From an uncultured Planctomycetota bacterium (lineage in GTDB: Bacteria > Planctomycetota > Planctomycetia > Gemmatales > Gemmataceae), in assembly GCA_963849325.1 (NCBI GenBank), contig CAWKHF010000012.1:896001-960000 (forward strand): a DNA stretch of 64,000 bases, read 5' to 3'. The notes under the pieces were generated by a model. It saw only the letters and a program-made list of their open reading frames with translations, was not told where the DNA came from and ran no database searches. Shown one piece after another: positions 21,015 to 30,733 of the stretch (within the stretch, counting starts at the first letter, position 1; every line of letters begins with the position of its first letter). The position numbers and the translations under genes are program-made.

Positions 21015-22592
21015 TCAGCGGCTCGGGCTGGCGAGAAACGGCGTGAGGAACGGCAGGTTCTGCCAGGAAGCGGGCGGCTCCAGACGATGGCTGAGTGGTC
21101 CGGGCAGGACGTCGCGGTAATCCGCCTTCAGGTACACGCCGGTCAGGTTGACGAAGCCGGCTGCCACGGCCGTCGCCACCAAGAGCGATCGTCCCCAGTT
21201 CAACCGGCGCAGGGCGTCGATGGGTCGCAGACAGAGGAGGGCGAACAGCGGCACCGTCTCCGTGACCAGCCGCGAACCCCAGCAGTGCCCGCCCCACCAG
21301 CAGTTCCACGAGGCGATCAGCGCCAGGTGAAGAACGATGGCCGTCGCACAGAACCAGCGCCAGCCGGCCGGCCCATCCGATGGCTCGGCGGTCGTTCGCA
21401 GGCGGCGGACTTGCGGCAGACACATCGTCAGACCCAGCAGGATCCACGGCTGATAGATGAAGAGTCCGTGGGCTGGGCTGAGCAGTAGGGGAATCAGCGT
21501 CTCGCGGCCGCGCCAGGACAACCCCGGCGCCTGGCCGACCGACGGTCCCAGCGGGTTGCCGTAGGTCGATTGGTAGTACCAGGCCCAGGGCGCGTAGGCC
21601 AGGACAGCAACGACACCCACGAATAGAGCACGACGCGGCGTTCGTCCTAGCAGCCACAGCCCGAACGGTAGGATCAGCACCGCCGACGTCAGCCGGCAAG
21701 CGAACGTCATGGCCAGGGCCACACCCTGGAGCAGCGAACCGACCCGGCTCGTCTGTCGTGCGCTGCGGAACTCCACCAGCAACGCCAGCAGCATCCAGAA
21801 GAGGACGCCGCCGTGCTGCCACAGCGCCTGCCCCACCGTGCTGCACAGGCCCGAGCCGACAGCGAGTAACAGCGTCGTCAGTGCCGCCGAGCGGGCATCC
21901 ACGAGATGCAGGGCCAGCAGGAAGAACAGGCCCAGGCACGCCGCCGCCAAGCCCGACGCGACCTCCTTCTCCAGCCGGTCCTGCACGGCGATCCGCTGCA
22001 AATCCGCGCCCAGAAGACGGGCCAGCGCCGCCGACGGCAGGGCGAAGAGGACCATCCCGGATGGGTACGCGGAGTGAATGCCCCTGGCCGTGCGCAGGAG
22101 GAAGTACGGCAGCTCGCCCGGGCCGTTGTAGTGGTTGAGGGCCGCGTACAGGTCGGCGAAGGCCCGCAGGTCGCTGCGGCCATCACATACCAGGCTGGTC
22201 GCTGTCAGCAGAATCGGCTTGGTATCGCCGGACGTGACCGGCCGCGTCTGCGTCAGGAAGAACAGCCCGGCCGGCAGCACAATCAGCAGGCCAGCCGCGC
22301 GATACGGGAGGCGCGCCCGGTCGGTGGCGAACGTCTCGACGTTGTCCCACAGATGCCGTACCGCCGCGCGCACGCGGCGGCGGTAGGTGGCGGCACCGAC
22401 ATAGCGCAGCAGCGGCAGAACCGTCGCCACGGCCACCCACAGGACGGGTTTGCCCTGACAGCGGCCGAGTTGCACGGCCGACACCATGACGAGCATCGTT
22501 TGCAACACGTTCAGCGCGTCGAGTGACGGGATGGACCATCGAAGGCGTGTCGGTGCGCCGGCGATCGGCACTCGCTCCGTGGCGCGTTCCAT
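21015..22592 (-). CDS. Integral membrane protein, probably a GT-C glycosyltransferase
   Basis: SGDT luminal motif, QALWQHG, LLSPAHGLFIYQP, WWGGHCWGSRLVTE; many TM helices. Confidence 0.7.
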   Translation of the reverse strand: MERATERVPIAGAPTRLRWSIPSLDALNVLQTMLVMVSAVQLGRCQGKPVLWVAVATVLPLLRYVGAATYRRRVRAAVRHLWDNVETFATDRARLPYRAAGLLIVLPAGLFFLTQTRPVTSGDTKPILLTATSLVCDGRSDLRAFADLYAALNHYNGPGELPYFLLRTARGIHSAYPSGMVLFALPSAALARLLGADLQRIAVQDRLEKEVASGLAAACLGLFFLLALHLVDARSAALTTLLLAVGSGLCSTVGQALWQHGGVLFWMLLALLVEFRSARQTSRVGSLLQGVALAMTFACRLTSAVLILPFGLWLLGRTPRRALFVGVVAVLAYAPWAWYYQSTYGNPLGPSVGQAPGLSWRGRETLIPLLLSPAHGLFIYQPWILLGLTMCLPQVRRLRTTAEPSDGPAGWRWFCATAIVLHLALIASWNCWWGGHCWGSRLVTETVPLFALLCLRPIDALRRLNWGRSLLVATAVAAGFVNLTGVYLKADYRDVLPGPLSHRLEPPASWQNLPFLTPFLASPSR

Positions 22593-22635
22593 GCGGGCCG
22601 TGACCTCCCGGGAGCCATCGCGTGCCTGCCGGGTC

Positions 22636-23136
22636 TCAGAACTCCGGGACCGGCTGCAGAGACTGGCCCTGTTGGTCGTAAAACGCTTCGTGCAGGAGAA
22701 AGACCTGGCGAGCCGTGAAGCCCAGTCCTTGGAGCTGACGGCTCAGCTGGTGGTAGGCGTGGCGATCCAGCCGCCGCGAGAGCAGTGACTGGAAGTGACG
22801 CGGGCACAGGTCCATCTCGACCGGCGCAACCGCGTGCAGGGGGAAGGTAAGGTAGCGGACGGTGCCTTGTTGCTGGCAGACCGTACAGCGATGCTTTTCG
22901 GTCCGAAGCACGAGCGGCTCGCCCTCGCCCTGGGCCAGCGCTTCCTGACAGTCGGGACAGATCGCCAAGCCGGCGAGGCGGTCCCACGGACAGCCGGCCG
23001 ATTGGCATCGACTGCACGGTTCTCGCGCTGCGACTCCTTGCTTCACCACGCGCAGCCCGTCCATCGATTGTCCTCCCCCAAGTCCGCCGCATTGATGAAG
23101 GATGATTTCCAGACCATCATCATTCATCTTCGGCAA
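22636..23136 (-). CDS. Cys-rich putative zinc-binding hypothetical protein
   Basis: CSRC, CPDC, CTVC and CPRH motifs; HEAFYD C-terminal motif. Confidence 0.65.
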   Translation of the reverse strand: MPKMNDDGLEIILHQCGGLGGGQSMDGLRVVKQGVAAREPCSRCQSAGCPWDRLAGLAICPDCQEALAQGEGEPLVLRTEKHRCTVCQQQGTVRYLTFPLHAVAPVEMDLCPRHFQSLLSRRLDRHAYHQLSRQLQGLGFTARQVFLLHEAFYDQQGQSLQPVPEF

Positions 23137-23402
23137 GCGCCCGGCCGTCTCTCCCCTTTTTCCGCGGAGAAAAGCGGTCGGGCTCGGTCGCCGGCCATGC
23201 CCCGCCTGTCGCTGTAAGCCGCTCTAAGCAGGTGGTGTCGTGTTCGTTAACTTCCGTTTACACGCGCCACTTCCGGGAAAAACGCACCCCTCCGGCTCGC
23301 GTCAGCCTGTCACGTCGCAAGTGTTTGGGAATAAATGAGATACGGCTACGGACCTCGGCGGAGGCGGCGGGACGGCGCGATCCTCTCTCGAAGACACCGA
23401 TT

Positions 23403-23418
23403 CGGCATGTCAAATGCA
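23403..23418 (+). promoter_or_regulatory. Possible sigma-54 (-24/-12) promoter
   Basis: CGGCATGTCAAATGCA has GG-N10-GC spacing, about 90 bp upstream of the ORF at 23509. Confidence 0.4.
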
Positions 23419-23508
23419 ATTCACCCGCATCATTAACCAGGACGGGCGACGTGAATTGTGCCCGTTGCGAGTCGTGCCAACGAAGTCTGTCGCTGAGGAA
23501 GGCCATCC

Positions 23509-23982
23509 ATGTCAGCAGCCGTTTCCTCCCTTCTGGGGTATCCGACCATGCCAACCGTCATCCGACCCGCTTTGCAATCCTTACGTCGTCTGCCAACGCT
23601 GCACCAGGTCGCCGAATCCTGGGGCAAGCTGGAACTGAAGCTGGAGACCGAGGACACGCGCTACTGGATCACCACCGAGGGCGTACCCCACAAGACCAGC
23701 GGAACTCCCATCAATTACGTCATCGATTACGTCACCGTCGAGAAGCTCTCCGACGACGGCAACTGGGATCTCAAGGCCGTCTACAGTCCCGAGGCGTGGA
23801 AGCTGTCGCAGGCGTTCGATTACTGCCAGATCCTCTACCAGGAATTGAACCGCCTCAACACCGCCCTGGAAGAAAACTTCAGCTGGGGTCTCGTCAAGGA
23901 ACGCGAGCAGTTGCAGGCCGAGCTGGAAGCGGCCAACAAGATCATCTTCGAGTTGTCGGACAAGGTCCGCTCGCGCTGCTGA
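23509..23982 (+). CDS. Hypothetical protein with C-terminal coiled coil
   Basis: 157-aa ORF with GC3-rich host-like codon usage and a GAGGAAGG RBS-like sequence. Confidence 0.7.
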   Translation: MSAAVSSLLGYPTMPTVIRPALQSLRRLPTLHQVAESWGKLELKLETEDTRYWITTEGVPHKTSGTPINYVIDYVTVEKLSDDGNWDLKAVYSPEAWKLSQAFDYCQILYQELNRLNTALEENFSWGLVKEREQLQAELEAANKIIFELSDKVRSRC

Positions 23983-24164
23983 GTCGCTTCTGCCAACACT
24001 CCTCCCTCTTCGCGTGTCGCCACACCACGATTCGCGGCAGACCGGATCGTCGCGGGCTACGCGCTGCCCAGCCTGTACTCTCGATGATCCGGTCTGTATA
24101 CTTTCACCTGTGGAATTGCACGCCAAAGCTCGTCCGTTTCATGGCTGAACCCACATAAGGCAGG

Positions 24165-24791
24165 ATGGCGATGCGATATGTAAAGTATACCAAGGAAGCC
24201 CTTGAAGAGGCCGTTCGGCAGAATCACTCCTTCTCTGGCGTCTTGCGAACGCTGGAGCGGAGGCTATCGGGTGGAACGCATTCGCATCTGGTTCGGCGAG
24301 TCAAGGCATTCGGTATCGATACATCACACTTTCTCGGTCGTGCATCCAACCGAGGCCCGAATCATAGGGGACCTAAGAAACTCCTTTGGGGCGAAGTCCT
24401 TGTGCTCCGTACAAACGGGCGAAGGCAAAAGGCGCATGTGTTACGGAGAGCTTTGCTGGAATTGGGTAGGGAATATCGATGCGAGGGGAAGGGCTGCTCC
24501 CTGACCGACCGATGGCTTGAGAAACCGCTAGTGCTCCACGTCAATCATAAAAATGGAAACTGGTTGGATGATCGCGCCGAGAACTTGGAGTTCCTTTGCC
24601 CCAATTGTCATAGTCAGACGGCGAACTACTGCCGAGGGATGCGGCCGGATCAACGGACAAGTATTGCGCCGTGGTGCAGGGAGTATCAGAAGCGCAGGAA
24701 AGGCCCCGTGACGGAATTGGCAGACGTTTGTGGCTTAGAACCACAGGTCCTAATGGACGTGAGGGTTCGAGTCCCTCCGGGGCCAGTATAG
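24165..24791 (+). CDS. HNH endonuclease whose 3' end spans the tRNA-Leu
   Basis: N-terminal YTKEALEEAV...GIDTSHF helical motif, CEGKGC, and LHVNHKNGNWLDDRAENLEFLCPNCHSQT. Confidence 0.88.
   Translation: MAMRYVKYTKEALEEAVRQNHSFSGVLRTLERRLSGGTHSHLVRRVKAFGIDTSHFLGRASNRGPNHRGPKKLLWGEVLVLRTNGRRQKAHVLRRALLELGREYRCEGKGCSLTDRWLEKPLVLHVNHKNGNWLDDRAENLEFLCPNCHSQTANYCRGMRPDQRTSIAPWCREYQKRRKGPVTELADVCGLEPQVLMDVRVRVPPGPV
24702..24785 (+). tRNA. tRNA-Leu(UAG), CCA not encoded
   Basis: Acceptor stem GGCCCCG/CGGGGCC-A, D loop GGAATTGGCAGAC, anticodon arm TGTGG-CTTAGAA-CCACA, long variable arm GTCC-TAAT-GGAC, T arm GAGGG-TTCGAGT-CCCTC. Confidence 0.95.
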
Positions 24792-25808
24792 ATGTCCCTC
24801 TCCATCCCACTGCCACTTCTTATCACCGGCATCTCCGGCGTGGCCGGTTACAATGCGCTGCCGTACTTCCAGCGGTGCCACCCCGGACAGGTACACGGCA
24901 TCCGCCCGACGCAGACGTGGCAGCTGGTCGGACCCGGCATCGTCGCCGTGGACACGCAGGATCGTGACGCCCTGTTTGAACTGTTTCGCCAACACGGCTT
25001 CCGCGCTGTCCTCAACTGTACGGGCAACTGCGCCCTCAAATCGTGCGAGTTGGACCCGGCGATGGCGTGGCGCACCAACGTCGTCAGCGCCGTCAACCTC
25101 GCGGCCGCGGCCCGCACCTTCGGCGCTCGCCTGGTCCACCTGTCGTCGGACCTCGTGTTCTCGGGTGCCGGCGCCGGCGGCTACGTCGAGACCGACGCGG
25201 TCGATCCGGTGACGGTGTACGGGCGGACGATGGCGGAAGGCGAGCGGGTCGTCCTTGACACCGACCCGGACGCGGCCATCCTCCGCATCTCGCTGCCGAT
25301 GGGGCCGAGCTTCAACCGTCACGCCGGAGCCATCGACTGGATCCAATCGCGCTTTCGCAACGACCGGCCAGCGACGTTGTACCTCGACGAGGTGCGCTCG
25401 TGTACCTACACCGACGACCTCAATCGTGTTTTCGAATTGTTCCTGGCCGAACGACAGGCGGGCGTCTTCCACGCCGGCGGACCACGTCCTTTGACTCTTT
25501 ACCAGATCGCCCAAATCGTCAATCGCACGGGCGGCTATGACCCCCATCTGCTCAAAGGCTGTCCGCGCCGCGACGCCGGGCCGATGCCTCCGCGGGCCGG
25601 CGACGTGAGCATGAACAGCGACAAGCTGATCGCGGCCCTCGGTGACAATCCCTTCCAGCCCTGGCCGCTCGGCGACGAGTTGGTCCCGACGCACCGCCGC
25701 TGGCACTTCGAGCGGCCGACGGAGGAGCCTGGCTCGTTCGAGTGGTTGGCGGCGCGGCTGTATCGCTATCCCTCGCCGGAGCGTTCGGCCCCCGTCGGCT
25801 TGGAGTGA
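24792..25808 (+). CDS. RmlD-like (dTDP-4-dehydrorhamnose reductase) extended SDR
   Basis: LITGISGVAG, VHLSSDLVFSG, PVTVYGRTM. The usual YxxxK lysine is replaced. Confidence 0.85.
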   Translation: MSLSIPLPLLITGISGVAGYNALPYFQRCHPGQVHGIRPTQTWQLVGPGIVAVDTQDRDALFELFRQHGFRAVLNCTGNCALKSCELDPAMAWRTNVVSAVNLAAAARTFGARLVHLSSDLVFSGAGAGGYVETDAVDPVTVYGRTMAEGERVVLDTDPDAAILRISLPMGPSFNRHAGAIDWIQSRFRNDRPATLYLDEVRSCTYTDDLNRVFELFLAERQAGVFHAGGPRPLTLYQIAQIVNRTGGYDPHLLKGCPRRDAGPMPPRAGDVSMNSDKLIAALGDNPFQPWPLGDELVPTHRRWHFERPTEEPGSFEWLAARLYRYPSPERSAPVGLE

Positions 25809-25826
25809 GGCGGAACGGCGGCGGCA

Positions 25827-26246
25827 TCAATACAACTCGACCATCTGTTCGCCGCCGTGGGCTGGATTGCCGATCAAGCGCTGCTTCATCGGATCGACGA
25901 CGAAATCCAGCCCTTCCAGGGGGAGTTGACCAATCAGGATAGGGCAGTCGTCCGGAACCTCAAGGACATCGCCACGCCAAACGCGGTCCTGGATCGTCAG
26001 TTGCACTACTCCGTACTGTTGGAGCATCACGGGGTCTCCGCTGGTGCGGGCGCGGCGGCGATCAAAGGACAGTAGCCCCAGCTGGGCAATGATTCCCTTC
26101 GGTAGCATTAACGTGCTTGTCCCGGTATCCACGAGGGCGTCCATCACTTCGACACTCCGCACCTGTTCGGGCTTGAGCAACCCTCTGTGGGCGCCGAAGA
26201 GGTCTTCCAAATTCTCGACCTTGGCCGTCACCAGGATCTTACCCAT
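25827..26246 (-). CDS. Clan AA (retropepsin-like) aspartyl protease
   Basis: ALVDTGTSTLMLP and LIGQLPLEGLDFVVDP...LIGNPAHGGE. Confidence 0.85.
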   Translation of the reverse strand: MGKILVTAKVENLEDLFGAHRGLLKPEQVRSVEVMDALVDTGTSTLMLPKGIIAQLGLLSFDRRRARTSGDPVMLQQYGVVQLTIQDRVWRGDVLEVPDDCPILIGQLPLEGLDFVVDPMKQRLIGNPAHGGEQMVELY

Positions 26247-27227
26247 CCTTGTCTCCATCGGCGGCCTCGCGGTAGGGGAAAAGGGTCTACATGGACTTGT
26301 TCTTCGATTGTAGCCCCCTGCGTCCGCGAAGGCGAGAGAAGTAAACTTTCGTCTTTCTTCCGCACACTTTGTACCGAGGACACGGCCCACGCCACCAGCA
26401 GAGACGCCGCCAAGCCGCAGACGAGGCCACGTTGCCAGGGTGTCATCTTCCGCACACCGGGCAGCAGTCCGAAGGACGCCGCCATCGCCGCGGCGGCAAG
26501 CAACAACCAACTGCTCGGCGGCGGCGGAGTGTAATCGTAGAAGGAACTGGTCAACCACAGCCCCGGCAGCAGCACCATCACGGGCGCGGTCGCCATCACC
26601 GGCGATGGCCGGCATGCACTCCGCAACAGGATCGGCAGCAGCGCCGCGGCCAACGCGCCGGCCAGTTGCGTCAGCTTGAGACTGTGGCCGTAATGCAGCA
26701 CCAGTGCCGAACCCGCCGAGGCGATGAGCAAGGTCAGTGGCTGCGTCACGCCCGGCGCGCCGGGCCGTGAACGCCAGCACCGACCAGAAGAGCAAGCCGG
26801 ACAGGCCCAGGCCAGCCAGCCAGGCCGCGACCTCAAGCCGCGCGGTGTCCTGGCGCATCGCTGGCGGCAGCACGAACCAGACGACGGCAAACCAGAGCAG
26901 GCCGCGCGACAGCCAGCGCAGCCAGGACGGACAGGAACGCCAAACGTCGAGAAAGCTGAGGGCGACGGCGAGGGGGACGAGGTAGAACAGCCGATCCGTC
27001 GCTTCACGCGGAGGGAAAGGGCGCCAACCATCGATGCCAGCGTGGCCGACCAGGTAGCCGGCGCCGACGGCCAGTGCGATATTCCAAACGCTCGATTCCG
27101 CAGCGCCCGCCCGACGCCACAACGGCCAGGTCGCCAGCAACACCACCGCGCTGGTCAGGGCCGGCAGAGCGGCCCCATACCAGAGCATCCATCGAACGAA
27201 GGACGGACTGTCCGCATCCAGAGACAA
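26228..27227 (-). CDS. Hypothetical multi-pass membrane protein; apparent frameshift near 26755
   Basis: Hydrophobic helices run in one frame to about 26760 and continue (PGVTQPLTLLIASAG...) in another. Ends uncertain. Confidence 0.6.
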
Positions 27228-27265
27228 ACGGGGGCCTCCCGTTTCGCGGCGTGCGCCGGAGGGCG

Positions 27266-27853
27266 TTACTGAATCCCCTCGATCGCCACGGTGATGCGCA
27301 CCTCATCGCCGATGGCGGGGACGCCGTATTTCATGCCGAAGTCGCTGCGGTTGATGGAGAAGGTCGTCTCCCAGCCGGTGCGCGGCTTGCCGCTGCGCGG
27401 ATCCTTGGCGGTGCCGAGGCGTTCGAGCTTCACCGTTACCGGCTTGGTGACGCCGTGGATGGTCAAATCGCCGGTGACATCGTAGGTCTTCTCGTCGGCC
27501 GCCTTCATGCGCGTTGCTTTGAAGGTCATGGCCGGGAACTCCTTGGCGTTGAAGAAGTCCGGGCCTTTGAGGTGCTTGTCGCGGTCGGCGTTGGCCGTGT
27601 CAATACTGTCGATCCGAACCTCGATGTCCAGCTTGCAGTCGGCCGGGTTCCGTTCATCGAAGGCGAACGAACCGGAATACTGGTTGAAGCGGCCATAGAT
27701 GTGGCCGACGTTGAAGTGCTTGACGCGGAAGATCAGCGAGGAATGGACGGGATCCACGGTGAAGGTGTCGGCCGCTCGTACCGTGGAGAAACCGGCCGAC
27801 AGACTCAGGCCGAGGGACAGAACGGACCAGGTGAGAAGGCCGCGGGAACGCAT
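27266..27853 (-). CDS. YceI family periplasmic protein
   Basis: VDPVHSSLIFRVKH, SIDTANADRDKHLKGPDFF, GDLTIHGVTK, INRSDFG. Confidence 0.93.
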   Translation of the reverse strand: MRSRGLLTWSVLSLGLSLSAGFSTVRAADTFTVDPVHSSLIFRVKHFNVGHIYGRFNQYSGSFAFDERNPADCKLDIEVRIDSIDTANADRDKHLKGPDFFNAKEFPAMTFKATRMKAADEKTYDVTGDLTIHGVTKPVTVKLERLGTAKDPRSGKPRTGWETTFSINRSDFGMKYGVPAIGDEVRITVAIEGIQ

Positions 27854-28022
27854 GGAGGACTCCTTTCGTCAGGGAAATGGGACACGCCCCGGTGGACGGG
27901 TCTTCCGATAGACGCCCGGCCGACCGGAGCTATTCAATTTAGTGATTGCCGAGCGGGGCGGCAGTCCGGAAACTAACTCTGGCTTTCCGAACGGTTGGAG
28001 AACTTATCGCGGTGTGAGTGCC

Positions 28023-29242
28023 ATGAAATACGTCATCGTCATCCCGGACGGCTGTGCGGATGAACCGCAGGAATCGCTGGGCGGCAAGACGCCGTTGCAG
28101 GCGGCCCACAAGCCGAACATGGACCGCATTGCCCGCGAGGGCGTGGTCGGCCGCTCCAACAACGTGCCGCCGTCACTGACGCCGGCCAGCGATGTGGCCA
28201 CCCTGAGCCTGTTCGGCTACGACCCCTTGATCGTCTACACCGGCCGAGCGCCGCTGGAGACGGCGGCGATGGGCATTGCGCTCGGCCCGGACGACTGGGC
28301 CATCCGCTGCAACCTCGTCCACGTCGCCAACGAGTGCATGCGCGACTTCACCGCCGGACACATCTCCAGCGAGGAAGGCCGGCCGCTCATCGAGGCGCTG
28401 CACGCCGAGCTAGGCGGCGCAAGGGGACCGGACGGCGCTCGCCTCGAATTTCACCCCGGCGTCAGCTATCGCAACATCCTCGTCTATCGCCCCGCTTCCG
28501 GCACCACGGCCCCCTTCTCGGCGCAGACGAAGACGCAGCCGCCGCACGACGTTCCCGATCGGCCCATCGCCGACCACCTGCCGAATGGGCCCGGAAGCGA
28601 TCTGTTAAGGAGCTTGATGGAGCGAAGCCGTCCGATCCTGCACGATCATCCGGTCAATCGCGAACGCCGCGGCGCGGCCAGCGCGACGCGACCCAGACAT
28701 GGCTGTGGGGCCAGGGGCGAGCGCCGCACTTACGGCCGTTCGCCGAGGTATACGGCAAGCGCGGGGCCATCATCAGCGCCGTCGATCTGGTGCGCGGCGT
28801 CGGCGTGCTGCTGGGCTGGCAGCGCATCGACGTGCCGGGCGCGACCGGTTATCTCGACACCGACTACGCCGCCAAGGGCCGCGCCGCCGTCGCCGCCCTG
28901 CCGCATCACGATCTCGTTTGCGTCCACGTCGAGGCGCCGGACGAGGCGTCGCACGAAGGCCGCGCCGACGCCAAGGTGCAGGCGCTGGAGGAGATCGACC
29001 GTCACATCGTCGGCCCGCTGCTGGAGGCGCTGCCGCGACACGGCGATTGGCGTATTCTCGTCTCGCCCGATCACCGCACGCCGCTGCGGACGCGCGCTCA
29101 CGCCTATGGCATGGTGCCGTTCGCCTTCGCCGGCAGCGGCGTCGTCAGCAAGGGACAGGCGTCTTACGATGAGGTTGTCGCCGAGGCGAGTGATCTGGCG
29201 TTCGAGAAGGGACACGAGTTGATGCGGCGTTTTCTCGGGTAA
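28023..29242 (+). CDS. apgM: Cofactor-independent phosphoglycerate mutase (ApgM type); apparent frameshift near 28670
   Basis: PDGCAD...KTPLQAA..PNMD, ASDVA, YTGRAPLE; second frame has HVEAPDEASH and SPDHRTP. Confidence 0.9.
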
Positions 29243-29307
29243 AGGCGCGTCGGAGAATAGCTTCCGTCTCGCGGTGGCTCGCAGAATCGCATTCTGGGTT
29301 GTAGGTC

Positions 29308-30534
29308 ATGAAAGCATCCTCCGGTAGCGAATGGTTCGAGGATGCCCTTGACGGGTTCACGGCGTACTTCCTGACCAGTCTGCCGGTCCTTCTTGGGGTT
29401 CTGTTCGGGGCAGACTTCCTGTACGGTCGTGATCGGCAGGTTGTCCCGCGCCTCGATCCGGTTTCCGCCTCTATCCATTTTGACGCTTACCACTACCTGG
29501 ACATCATTCGAACGGGTTACTCCTACAACCCGACGCGCCAGTCGCGGGTCGCCTTCTTCCCGGCTTATCCATTCCTCGCCCGCTGGCTGAGCCAGGCTAC
29601 GGGACTACTGCCGGAAGAGGCGGCGCTGTTGGTAGCCCACGTCGCACTCCTCGCTGCCTTTGTGCTTCTGGCTCGCTATGTCCGCCTACGCTGGCCGGAA
29701 GCGACCGCGGGTCAGCGCGGTATGGTATTGGTCGTTTTCGGCCTATGGCCCTTGGGGCTGTTCTTTCGCATGCCGTACAGCGAGAGCCTATTCCTGTGCA
29801 GCATGTTGGCTCTGCTCTACGGTATGGCCCGGAGATGGCCGCTGGCCGTCCTGGCGGTTCTGGCGGGCTTCGGCACCGCCGTCCGTCCGGTGGGGGTAGC
29901 TCTGACGGCCGCCTTTGCTTGGTACGTCCTGACACGAACCGGACAATCATGGGGGAAGAAGGCCGCTTGGGTGTTGTTGCTGACGCCCTTGGCCTGTTGG
30001 GGGTTATTGAGCTACATGGGGTATCAGTGGTTGGCCTTCGGCACGCCCTGGGCCTTCGCCCAGACACAAGAACATTGGAGCATGTTGGCCCCACCGGATC
30101 GCAGCTGGCCGGCAAAGCTGGGATCGCTGGCGATCCTGGAGCCGATCTGGGGAGCGTATCTACCCGACTACCCGCGCTACTGGGCTAACGCTGAGGAACA
30201 GACGAGTCCGCTGTTCAGCCTGATCTTCTGGAACCCAGTCTTGTTCGTGCTGGCGTGGGCGCTGCTGGGGCTGGGGGGCTGGAAACGCTGGTTGACGGGA
30301 AGCGAACTGGTTCTGGGGATGACCTTGCTGGCCATTCCCTATCTGACGCGCAGCTACGAGATGTCGATGGCCGCTCATGGCCGCTTCGCCGCTGTGGTCG
30401 TCGTCAATTACCTGGTTATCGGCCGGCTGCTGGCTCGCGTGTCGCCCCTGGTCATGGCCGCTGTATACGCGGTCTTCGCCTTGGGGATTTGCCTGCTCAC
30501 GGCCCTTTACGCGACGAACCATCTCATTTTCTGA
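29308..30534 (+). CDS. PIG-V/Gpi18-like membrane mannosyltransferase (GT-C)
   Basis: FDAYHYLDIIRTGY...AFFPAYP, PYSESLFL, VRPVG, FAQTQEHW. Confidence 0.82.
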   Translation: MKASSGSEWFEDALDGFTAYFLTSLPVLLGVLFGADFLYGRDRQVVPRLDPVSASIHFDAYHYLDIIRTGYSYNPTRQSRVAFFPAYPFLARWLSQATGLLPEEAALLVAHVALLAAFVLLARYVRLRWPEATAGQRGMVLVVFGLWPLGLFFRMPYSESLFLCSMLALLYGMARRWPLAVLAVLAGFGTAVRPVGVALTAAFAWYVLTRTGQSWGKKAAWVLLLTPLACWGLLSYMGYQWLAFGTPWAFAQTQEHWSMLAPPDRSWPAKLGSLAILEPIWGAYLPDYPRYWANAEEQTSPLFSLIFWNPVLFVLAWALLGLGGWKRWLTGSELVLGMTLLAIPYLTRSYEMSMAAHGRFAAVVVVNYLVIGRLLARVSPLVMAAVYAVFALGICLLTALYATNHLIF

Positions 30535-30733
30535 CCGAATGTAAATGTTTATATTCCGGAAGTTTACGACGGAATATGGAATATAGACCTCCGCCCCTCT
30601 TGCCGATTTCCTTTCGGTTTGGTAAGAAAAGCTCATTACGAGAAACCATCCATCCAAGCAGAACTGCCCTCCGTAGCCCGATGGTTCCCAGGAAAAATAG
30701 GGAAGCAGAGGTAATCCAGCCGTGTCCAGACAC

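Noticed and set aside
24702-24785. tRNA as the attachment site of an integrated element
   Set aside because: I saw no duplicated tRNA 3' end and no integrase in the window.
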